Shown here one piece after another: positions 1-9,109 of a stretch of 64,000 bases of DNA. Below the pieces are notes generated by a model. That model did no database searches, was not told where the DNA came from, and worked only from the letters and a program-made list of their open reading frames with translations. Made by a program: the position numbers and the translations under genes. The DNA comes from Eremomyces bilateralis CBS 781.70. Taxonomy: Eukaryota. How positions within the stretch are numbered: the stretch's first letter is position 1; every line of letters begins with the position of its first letter. The stretch is from the NCBI GenBank assembly GCA_010015585.1, contig ML975167.1; one strand, written 5' to 3'.

Positions 1-392
1 AGGCCGTAGCCTTCTCGCCGGACGGCAAGACGCTGGCGTTGACATCGCGCGACAAGACGGTCAAGCTGTGGGACGCCTGGTCGGTCGCGCTGCAGCGGAC
101 GCTCGAGGGCCATGGTACGCTCTACACTCTTTCTTTCTCCGACGATGGTACCCACCTCCAGACGAATAGAGGATCCTTACCTATCTTATCTCTTTCCTCT
201 ACCGGTTCAGACGGCCCCGACCCACTGGTTTCCCCCTCTATATTTGTCAGGGACCAATGGGTGTGCAGTCAAGCCGGGCCGATCCTTTGGCTTCCTCCCG
301 AGCATCGGACAAACTGCATCGCGGTTCATAAAAGCGTTGTTGGCTTTGGGTATACATCTGGAAGAGTAATAGTTATGGAACTAGCTCTGTGA
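1..392 (+). CDS. 3' end of HET-E-like WD40-repeat (probable NACHT-WD NLR) protein, truncated by window edge
   Basis: Frame from nt 3 reads AVAFSPDGKTLALTSRDKTVKLWDAWSVALQRTLEGH (HET-E-type WD repeat), then the typical C-terminus LSFSDDGTHLQTNRG...DQWV...ILWLPPEHR...GYTSGRV; stop at 390-392. The NACHT domain is not visible and is inferred. Confidence 0.8.
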   Translation, partial: AVAFSPDGKTLALTSRDKTVKLWDAWSVALQRTLEGHGTLYTLSFSDDGTHLQTNRGSLPILSLSSTGSDGPDPLVSPSIFVRDQWVCSQAGPILWLPPEHRTNCIAVHKSVVGFGYTSGRVIVMELAL

Positions 393-698
393 GCTTTCTT
401 CAAACCCCTCCCCGCCCACCTCCAATACTAGGCCATCTCTCTTTAGAATCAACCCCTGTAGGTTTATTGATCAGGGTATTCGTAATCATTGGGAGGAAAC
501 GCGTAAATAGCTGAATCGCTCAAAAACAACATCTTCGCAACGGATGGTCCTGCGCGTACAGTGGGCGATAATAGTGAGTGACATTTCGGCAGGGACAAGA
601 ACCAATGAGAAGACGCCACGTATTCAGGGGCGCATCAAATTAATTGCAGCGATGGATGGGCAGGAGACACGAAGACTATCTCCCCATATCCCTCGTTG

Positions 699-886
699 TG
701 TTACGGCACGGTAGCTGGATGCACACAACATACACGTAGCCAAAGATATTCTAGATTAAGCTAAAGAAGAGAACAAGAAGGGGAAGCTCTCTTGTTTACA
801 TCGGAGAGGTTGGACTCTGATTCACCCTTGGCCTAATCAGGCTTAGGCTCTCAGCCTTAGCCAACCAAGGGTTTCAACCCATAACA
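699..886. mobile_element. Solo LTR (188 bp)
   Basis: Begins TGTTACGG and ends CCCATAACA (TG...CA, imperfect terminal inverted repeat). Flanked by a 5-bp direct repeat CGTTG at 694-698 and 887-891. Confidence 0.85.
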
Positions 887-954
887 CGTTGACTAAGTAT
901 GTATGGTACCAAGTCCAGCCAATGGCAGGCGAGCCGAGTAGTACTACGGTGAGA

Positions 955-1044
955 GAGTTCCCACGTGGTCACCCACCGTAGTACTATTCCATCTCTAACC
1001 TGCTTGAGTACGGCAGAGCGGACGGGATGCCCTATTCAGGTTGA
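955..1044 (-). pseudogene. 5S rRNA gene fragment (5S nt ~14-105) of an interrupted copy
   Basis: Matches the intact copy from 1640 onward except one substitution and a 2-nt deletion; lacks the last 14 nt of 5S. Confidence 0.92.
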
Positions 1045-1505
1045 CGGGGCTCACTCCGCTCCGGATATACTTCGGATAGTTAGGAGGTACGTACAGGAAC
1101 TTGCACTTGGCTGTCGGTCTCCTTTCCATCTGCCGTCTGCATTTCAGTGGATGGGAATGCCTACTATTCCTCTTCGCCATCTTCCTGCCTTCGATCCATT
1201 CCTTATAGCCTATAGTACTGCGATATCATGCGGTCTTGCTACGTATTTCTCGTTTCCCCCGTATAGAATCAATCTTATAGTTATGAGATTCTTGAAGACG
1301 AAACTAAGTAGTCAAGGGTATGAAGCGTCGAAAGCATGCAACATTATCATCCATCCTTGATTCATTCACCCCTGCAACCCATTCACACCCATTCTCGAGC
1401 CTATCGCTTGCGAGCAAAAGCAGCCGATTTTGTAGGGGCAAAAGCAGTTTTCGTAGGGTCTTTCCCTCAGAAAATGGAGGGATTTGCTCCGTCGTCCTCG
1501 TTTTG
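1045..1505. mobile_element. 461-bp non-coding insertion inside a 5S rRNA gene
   Basis: Lies between two collinear parts of one 5S gene; TTCAGGTTGA is duplicated at 1035-1044 and 1506-1515. Subterminal tandem repeat GCAAAAGCAG...GTAGGG at 1414-1437 and 1438-1458. Confidence 0.75.
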
Positions 1506-1528
1506 TTCAGGTTGATGTGGCCGTATGT
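1506..1528 (-). pseudogene. 5' fragment (nt 1-23) of the interrupted 5S rRNA gene
   Basis: Minus strand ACATACGGCCACATCAACCTGAA is identical to the 5' end of the intact copy; its upstream flank diverges after 4 nt. Confidence 0.88.
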
Positions 1529-1625
1529 ACTAACAATGGAAGCTTTTCACACCATAAACGACCATTGATCCATTTTGCCCACTAAAAACTTGGCACAATG
1601 GCCATAAAAATATAAAAATATAAAA

Positions 1626-1744
1626 ACATACAGCAATAGGAGTTCCCACGTGGTCACCCACCGTAGTACTATTCTATCTCTAACCTGCTTGAGTACGGCA
1701 GAGCGGACGGGATGCCCTATATTCAGGTTGATGTGGCCGTATGT
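1626..1744 (-). rRNA. 5S rRNA, intact (119 nt)
   Basis: ACATACGGCC...CATCCCGTCCGCTCTGCCGTACTCAAGC...TAGTACTACGGTGGGTGACCACGTGGGAACTCC...GCTGTATGT. Helix I (ACAUACGGC/GCUGUAUGU) and helix II (AACCUG/CAGGUU) pair. Followed by T-runs (Pol III terminator). Confidence 0.96.
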
Positions 1745-2138
1745 ACTAGAAAACGCAAGTTTAGGCATGATATACTAAAAAAGTCCAATCATACATGCAA
1801 CTTGTCAGAGATAGTGTGGCCTGAGTGGGGGATCCATATCTGAATCGAGCCAAGCACCCCTGTGCGCAAGAGAATAGAAAAGATCTCGACTGACCGCGTG
1901 GAATTCCCTAGACATCAGGAACCACAACCAATGCCTCACACGGTGGGCTACCTAAACCCTTCCTTCCATCGAGCAGAGTTGAGCCTCGTTTTCCATCCTT
2001 CGCCAGGCTGCGGTTGACGTGCTCATAAGGCAATCACAAAGACTCTGTTCTTATCTCTGGCTTGGGCTGTCGAGTATGCGTAGAGAGGTAATAGGATGTA
2101 TGGGTATAATGCAGAAGTCCAAACTTCATACCTTCAAT

Positions 2139-2385
2139 TCATGTCACAGCTGTGGTCATGAAATGCTCTTGGCATAACTCTAGCGGCCGAACAACCTGCT
2201 TGATGATTTCGCCTCGCCAGGATCGATTCCCATCATTCGCGCCCGTGAAGCACCACTTCACAGCGGAAGCGTAATCATCACCACCTTCATCACCCACACT
2301 TAAACTCTATTTCAGCGCAGCCATTAGATCGAAAGCGTGCTTTGCATCTCCGGTCCCGGTTGGATGCTTTTTACGAAGAGGGTGG
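2139..2385 (-). pseudogene. C-terminal relic of a fungal protein, truncated at the MITE terminus
   Basis: Reads HPLRKKHPTGTGDAKHAFDLMAALK*SLSVGDEGGDDYASAVKWCFTGANDGNRSWRGEIIKQVVRPLELCQEHFMTTAVT*. The internal TAG is at 2307-2309. The G..YA.AV.WC...VV.PL pattern resembles C-termini of fungal kinase-like/HeLo-associated proteins (family call tentative). Confidence 0.55.
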
Positions 2386-2858
2386 TAGGGCTGGACACGA
2401 ATAAGGAATTTGGCTATTCGTATTCGACTTTTCCTCTTGAACGATTATTCGTATTCGACTAAGTTTTGAGACGTTTTATTCGTATTATTCGCGAATATTC
2501 GTAAATAATGCCAAGACTTATTCGGCAAAAGCCGAGCCAATGAATGAATGCCCAGCAGTCGCGACTTTTGTTTACCCGAACACGATCTGGAGGATTTGAG
2601 CTCTAAGAGATACAAAGCATATCAATAGCGTCGAATTGATCACTCCTGACGATTCAGCAAGCCAAGTGACCCCAGCGCAAAGCTCTCTGTCGACCATCTC
2701 TCCGATGCGAGATACATGGAAATAGCTTCAGAGATAGACGAATAATTACGAATAATTACGAATAATGCGAATATTATTCGTACGAATATTAGTAAGCGGA
2801 AATTCTAAATTTTATTCGTATTCGACTACGAATTGTCGAATATTCGTGTCCAGCCCTA
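2386..2858. mobile_element. hAT-like MITE (473 bp)
   Basis: Perfect 18-bp TIR TAGGGCTGGACACGAATA (2386-2403 and 2841-2858). Many subterminal TATTCG/CGAATA repeats at both ends; no ORF; no TSD. Confidence 0.85.
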
Positions 2859-3000
2859 AAGCAGATGATCAATAGTCAATACAACAAATAATAATAATAA
2901 TAATTCAATTTAACGTGCTATCCGGTTCCCGTTAGGGTCTATGAACACGGTCATTTGACTATTTAGTATGTCGCGGGTAAAAGTTTCCCCATAGCCAGGG

Positions 3001-3960
3001 CTATAGGTACCTAAAACCCCGCCTCCTCCTTCGTGGTGGTAATTGTCCTTCCGTTTTTGCCTTCGATACAACAAATACAGGAAGAACCTTGCCTCTTCGA
3101 AACAGCGCGTCAAATTCGAGCATAGGATAGAATCTATACCATTCCTGCTTCCTGAAATTCATGACGTCCTCACGCCATCGGCAATTGAATGCGTTAGACA
3201 ACAGGATCTACAGCACTAAAAGGAGTAAGACAACGTCGCGACGGACATCCTTGCTCTAGCGTATTTGAGAAGATAAATGGTCTTCCATTTCGTCATACTC
3301 TACAAGATATAAGGAATTCTGGGTCGATATTACTACTAAGTTGCCTTGACGACGATCATTGGCGCTATCGACGTGAGCAAGGACAGTCAATACGCCACTC
3401 CAAGGCCATACCAGTCCATCCTCGAGCCGCTTCCTGCTCAAACAAGAGGTACGCCAAGGAGGAACGTGGCTTCAACTCGTAGAGATCCACCGGCTTTTGA
3501 ACGACGTGTACCACCTTCTGTCCCTCGATTTCAGCCTCCTCCTCCACCCAGTGTCAATCACTTGCTGACCTCCTACGGCACCTAGGCACCTCTGTTTCCG
3601 TGTCAGATCCCCCATCTGCTCCAGATACGACTGTTGTGACTACTTCTATCTCTCTCTCAGTCCCTGCGCTTGTTCCTATGACAATTCCTACATCTACACC
3701 AATTTCGAATCCTGTAGCCACTTCTGTATTTTTGTCAGTCCCTGCACCTACTCCTGCATCTTCTCCTACTCCATGCCATTTGTCTCCACCCGTCTCTATT
3801 ACTGTGCCTATCATTACGGCTCGATCCCTTCCACAGTCTGCCGGGCAACCTCCGTGGTTGGAAGAGTTCTTTGCTGACATCGAGCGTCGACGGCTTCGGC
3901 CCACTCTGCATGACTGCAGTGACTTTAACAGAGTGACCAGTTTTTTGGCAGAGACAGGGC
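3001..3960 (-). pseudogene. Gene relic with a Gln-rich coiled-coil segment inactivated by C-to-T changes (RIP-like)
   Basis: From 3774 downward: ME*EKMQE*VQGLTKIQKWLQDSKLV*M*ELS*EQAQGLRER*K*SQQSYLEQ; all 7 stops are TAG in Gln-like contexts. More TAG/TAA/TGA stops lie up- and downstream. Boundaries approximate. Confidence 0.55.
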
Positions 3961-4637
3961 AGGAAAAGGGCCCGACAGAATTGATTGAAGCACGGAATAT
4001 GGCTCTCACTACAAGCAGAGTGTATGCTTCCTGCAAGAGCAGGGTGCCTTAGACATTGAATAGGAATCTGGGGAGTACACTAGATGTGAAGACGTAGAGT
4101 TTTGCCGACCTTCGCGCTCGCTTACCTTTTACGTCAAATTGCCTATTGCAGCGATACGCTGCCGCAATTCGGTGCACTAGGAAAAGAATTAGTGAGATCC
4201 ACGCGAATAATCAAGTCTTCGCCAGGTTCAGTAATTACGCAGTTGGGATGTCGGACATGACACTCAAGACCGTGTGACACGCTAACCACCACGCTAATAA
4301 AAGGAGACCAACACGACTAGTTAAAACAAAGTCAATAACTATTGATTGTAGCAATTCAGTATATAAAGGTCTTCTACACAGGTAGTTTACGAGTGCCGCA
4401 GCCAACTCGTGACAGACCGAAGTTGTTTTCATCACATTTCGTAATGGGAGGTTTTGTTATTGCGCGTGGCCAGGGGGCCAGCTGGGCGCAAATGAGAATC
4501 GTGACGCATTCCGTGCGCCCACCATGGGCCCAGCTGGATAGAAATGTTTGAACACGTCGCGATCTGGGGGATGATCCTAGAGTAGTAGTAGGCTAATAGA
4601 CTTGATTCGATGGATGGTGCGGTCATGCTCCCCTAGA

Positions 4638-4647
4638 ATGGCGCAAT
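4638..4647. promoter_or_regulatory. Possible CYS3/MetR sulfur-regulon site
   Basis: ATGGCGCAAT is a 9/10 match to ATGRYRYCAT, ~280 bp upstream of a sulfonate dioxygenase; could be chance. Confidence 0.3.
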
Positions 4648-4923
4648 AGGGTGAGTAGCATACGTGATTGTCTGGGATCATCTGTCAAAGACGGAGCTTA
4701 TCCACTGCGATATCTGATACCAGTAACGATGGATAGACAATAGATAGACAATGGTAAAGTTGCGTGATCTATAAGCTATATTCAACAATACGCGGGGAGT
4801 TTTAAAAATGTGCCGAATATCCGGAAGGATAGATAAAATCAGGACTCAACGACACGCGGAAGGAAAGCAGAGACTCTTAAATTATACTTTGAACTCATTC
4901 AACAAGAGAACACGTTAGCAAAT

Positions 4924-6190
4924 ATGGCACCCTCAGCAATTGTGGCACCCGCAGTGACGGAACAGGATGTTCCAATCGTTACCAAAGGCAGACCGCAGCC
5001 GTTGGCATCGTCGGGCCTCCTCGATCAATTCGAGCAATTCGATGTAACCCCAGTCATCGGCACGGAGTTCTCAAGTGCCAACCTGGTCGAGTGGATTAAT
5101 GCTCCGAATGCAGATGAACTTTTAAAGGAATTGGCCATCAAAAGAAAGCACCCCATACTAATATAGGTGTGCTCTAGACTAACAGACTCGTAGTCTCCCA
5201 GCGCGGTGTGGTTTTCTTCCGTGCCCAAGACGACCTCACGAACGATATTCAGAAGGTATTGGTTCAGCGACTCGGCGAACTGACAGGAAAGCCAATAACC
5301 TCGGGCCTGCACATTCACCCGGTATTGAACCCTAGCCAAGAATTTGGAGGAACCGATCCGGAGATCAGCACAATCAGCTCTGCCCAGCACAAGAAGCGTT
5401 ACAGCGTCGCTCCAGGTGAAAAACTCACCGCAAAGCCTCCGAGCGCTGAATACTGGCATTCGGATATCGCCTTCGAGCCAGTCCCCGCTGATTATTCCTC
5501 GCTTCGACTTATTGAACTACCCAGGACGGGAGGAGGTGGGTAGAACTCAGATCGTCGCCAGAGGTGGCGCTAACAGCCATTATAGACACCCTCTGGGCAT
5601 CCGGATACGAGCTCTACGACCGTATTAGTGAGCCATATCAGAAGTTCCTTGATGGTCTCACGGGCACCTTCGCCCAACCGGGATTAACCGCCGCTGCAGC
5701 TCGCGGTGACGTCAAGGTCTATGACAAGCTCCGCGGTGCACCCGAAAACGATGGTAGCTCGTTCAAAGCAGTGCATCCCGTTGTGAGGACCAACCCTGTG
5801 ACTGGTTGGAAGAGCCTTTTCCCCGTTGGTGACCATATCCACCATATCAATGGAGTGACGGAAGAAGAGTCCAAGTCCCTCCTGAGCTGGTTCTTAGACT
5901 TGGTATACAAGAACCACGACCTGCAGGTCCGCTTCCAATGGAAGAACCCGAATGATATCGGTAAGCATCCCGTCATCCCAAGGGAGTTAAGGCTCAGAGC
6001 TGACATATGACTAGCGATCTGGGACAACAGAAGCACCTTCCACCGCGCAACCTTCGATTATGACGGCCAGGGTGAGCGCTTCGGTAATCGAGCGGTAGGA
6101 GTGGGTGAGCGACCGTATTTTGATCCCAATAGCAAATCACGCAGGGAAGCTCTGCGCGAGCATGCTCCTGGAGAGAAGATTCAGGTATGA
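4924..6190 (+). CDS. TauD/TfdA-family alpha-ketoglutarate-dependent (sulfonate) dioxygenase, JLP1-like; 3 introns
   Basis: Motifs DVTPVIGTEF, SQRGVVFFRAQD, WHSDIAFE (HxD), TGGDTLWAS, HPVVRTNPVTGWKS, AIWDNRSTFH. First intron 5144-5193 has a GA donor. Confidence 0.92.
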
Positions 6191-8236
6191 TTGAGTCCGT
6201 GAAAATCTCCGGAGCCCATTCGCGGCTCTACAGTCCGCAGCCATTCATTCATGTTAAACCAATTAGGGAGATAGATTGAACTTTTGATGAATGAAGTAAT
6301 AGCTTCTGAACTAGGTCCCGTGCGTGGTTGAAAAAACTAGAATAGCGACCCTGTAGAGATCTTGAGGTTTGGTGGTTCACGAATGCGGATAGCCCATTGG
6401 AGTACTCCGTATTTCAGGGTGCATTAAAGAAAAGTATGAGGAGCCATTCAAGACGGGTATTGGCAGGAAACGAATGAGGATAAGAGAGAGAGATTCATAG
6501 GCCCGTCAGGCCTCTCTGCAATTGATTAAGTTGAGTTGAGTTGAGTTACTCCGTAATACATATGTACAGATTTATCTCAGCTGGGGTGTTCATTTAAGGT
6601 TGCAAGTCTAATAGTAACCTAGGGAGAAAAGAGCGATTTCAGAGAAAAATATCTCATTCACAAAAAGTGGGTAAACAGAGGAGACCCCGCCTTCTCCTAC
6701 TAGCAGACGCGTCTCAATCCCGTCGCAAGTATCCTCGAGGCTCGAGCAGGATGGAACTCCCAAGTGGACGTCAATCTATCCGCCAGTGTCACAGTGCGTA
6801 GAAGGGGAGCCGTTTAGAACATGGCTATTATATTCTAGCTAACTAGTATCGGACCTAACGAAAGATAAAGAAGCGGGAAAGGAAGAAGAGAAAGAGAAGA
6901 GAAATTACTCCCTAAGTGCTCGACTCCCCTGTGTAACCTCGGTGTGTTGTCAACGGTCGCACGATGCCTGACTTCACTTATCGTCAAGCCACAAGTTATC
7001 CATCCATCAACGTCAGAAAGCAACATAAGGTGGAACCGTGACAGCCTCATCATTGTGGTCAATACTAGAAATTGCACAGGTGGAATACCGCAAGCGGCGA
7101 TGCCATCGCCTCTAAGTAACTGTTAAACTCCGCTCTTTCCCTCTTACGGCCTGCTTGGACTAAGAGGCCACGATCGAAAATCATTGCCACGGCATTCAAA
7201 AAGCCGCACAAAGAATCCTGCTACATCAATGCCGGCAGCAATATTAGCATTGATATGGACCGTGGGAACACTATCTCAATCGCAAAGTACGACTCTGTAG
7301 AGAGGACATGACGGGCTAGAGCAACAAGAATTGCTGAGCTTCATATACGGTACGGTAGGCAAAATTTGTAGGAGAAAAAGACCTTAAATTACCATCGCGA
7401 CAAGAGACCATAGCTCATTTATATAGCTTACCGTAACTATTAAAATGTTACCAATATAACTAGTTCAGTCGAATCCTGTCGCACGTGATGTGCTAAAATG
7501 GTTGGGAGTGAGGTGCTGTTGTTACAGCAGCGAAGTTGTTTGTATTGTGTGTTGTGTGTAAGTTGTGTGTAAGTTGTGTGTTCTAGCTGAATGCCTGGTC
7601 CCCCGGCCCTACAGATATACGAGAGTCACGGCAAGACTATTAATGCAGTTTGTAGCCTTGGACTCCTAGAGCTCATGCCTTGGCCTGCGACAAATCCTTT
7701 TAGACTACTCCGTACCATACCTCAACTGTTGCAGCTTTGGTACAACCGCCACCCCGTTTCGGATGGGTCATCCGCCCCAATCTGATGCATTGCCATTGAC
7801 GCCAAACCACCACGGAAATTCTGCACATCCATCTTCTGGACTTATTCCGGTCTCACCATATGACCTTATACTACGAGCACAGTAGGGGTTGGTGTGGAGC
7901 CTTCACTTAATGATTTCAAATTCCTCGTTGCTTGACTCAGAAGGGAAAGAAGACGTGATTTGCTTCGTCAACAGCCCGCTATAATTGCAGAGCCTAGGAT
8001 ACGCGAGATCTCACCACCTCGTCGACTCGTCTCTAGTCCGTACGTAGGGGCCAGCACGACACATCGGACGATACTGACAACAGCATACATGGCATGATTC
8101 CGTTGTCTGCCTCTCATCCACATACAAAGCCATCTTTTCGAAATCATGTACTTATACCGTCTTCCATTTCCTAACGCCAATTCTATCACAGTCATAACGT
8201 TCAAGCATCCATCTTAACTGAAGCTACTAAATCACA

Positions 8237-8758
8237 ATGTCTGTCCTCATCGCGTACGCCACCTCCAGAGGATCAACAGGCGAGATCGCCAACCGCATCG
8301 CGTCCCGCCTAGAGACCTTCATCAAACCCGTCACCTGCCTCCCCGTCAGTGAAGTGCAGCCCGGCTCCCTCCCCAGCTACTCCGTCATCGTCGTCGCCAG
8401 CGCCATCCACGCCGGCTCCTGGATCAACCCCGGCCACTGCTTCGTCCGCACCAACAAAGCCGTCCTCCAGAGCAAGCCGGTCTGGGCGTTTAGCGTGGGC
8501 ATGCCGCCGACCGACGAAGAGCACGCGGCGGAGGAGAAGGCGGTGGCGGCGAGTCTGCGCAAAGATCTGCCGGATCTGAGGGGACATACGCTGTTCCAGG
8601 GGGCGTTCTTCAAGGAGGATATGCCGTGGTGGATGGGGATGTTCATCCGCTTCATCCCGAAGGAGAGGCAGAAGTGGGGGGATGCGCGGAATTGGGAGGA
8701 GATTGAGGGATGGGCGGATAAATTAAGGAACGAAGTCAAGGCGCTGAACAAGTCCTAG
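8237..8758 (+). CDS. Flavodoxin-domain protein (Flavodoxin_5/HemG-like), intronless
   Basis: N-terminal FMN loop VLIAYATSRGSTGEIANRIA, VVASAIHAGSW, KPVWAFSVG, C-terminal GDARNWEEIEGWA. Confidence 0.85.
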   Translation: MSVLIAYATSRGSTGEIANRIASRLETFIKPVTCLPVSEVQPGSLPSYSVIVVASAIHAGSWINPGHCFVRTNKAVLQSKPVWAFSVGMPPTDEEHAAEEKAVAASLRKDLPDLRGHTLFQGAFFKEDMPWWMGMFIRFIPKERQKWGDARNWEEIEGWADKLRNEVKALNKS

Positions 8759-9109
8759 GGGTACTCGGTTTTGATCTGTTCGAGCTTGTAAGCGATCTGA
8801 TTTGGATATCATCTGTTGTTGTTGGCTTGGAGCGATTGGAGTAACCGGGGACGGGGTTTGCTTTGGAATTTGGCTCATTCCTTCATTAGGACATAATTAT
8901 AAATGGATTATTAATGTGTCTGCCTGACACAAGACTCGTACAAAGGGCTAGATATGCAACCGGATAAATCGCTCTGTACAACATAATTCGAATTTGCATT
9001 CCCATCTCCACAAAATCCCCCCGTTATACGCTGTGCAGTGCACAGCAACCTTCAGAATGCTCCATTGAGCTACGGATCGAACTCCGTGCCCAATTGGAAG
9101 TCCCATTAC

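Noticed and set aside
480..693. Segment with AACAACATCTTCGCAACGGATGG (5.8S-like start) and TA-CAGTGGG (Tc1-like end)
   Set aside because: No continuation of 5.8S motifs and no partner TIR found in the window; may be repeat-derived but cannot be classified.
965..1768. ORFs 965-1360, 1320-1568 and 1547-1768
   Set aside because: They overlap 5S sequence and the insert and show no protein motifs; considered spurious.
3600..4052. Pro/Thr/Ser-rich + strand ORF (150 aa)
   Set aside because: Better explained as the antisense shadow of the mutated minus-strand Gln-rich frame.
7545..7582. Short tandem repeat (TTGTGTGTAAG-like), also (AAT)n near 2887 and (GTTGA)n near 6530
   Set aside because: Ordinary micro/minisatellites; no spacers, not CRISPR.
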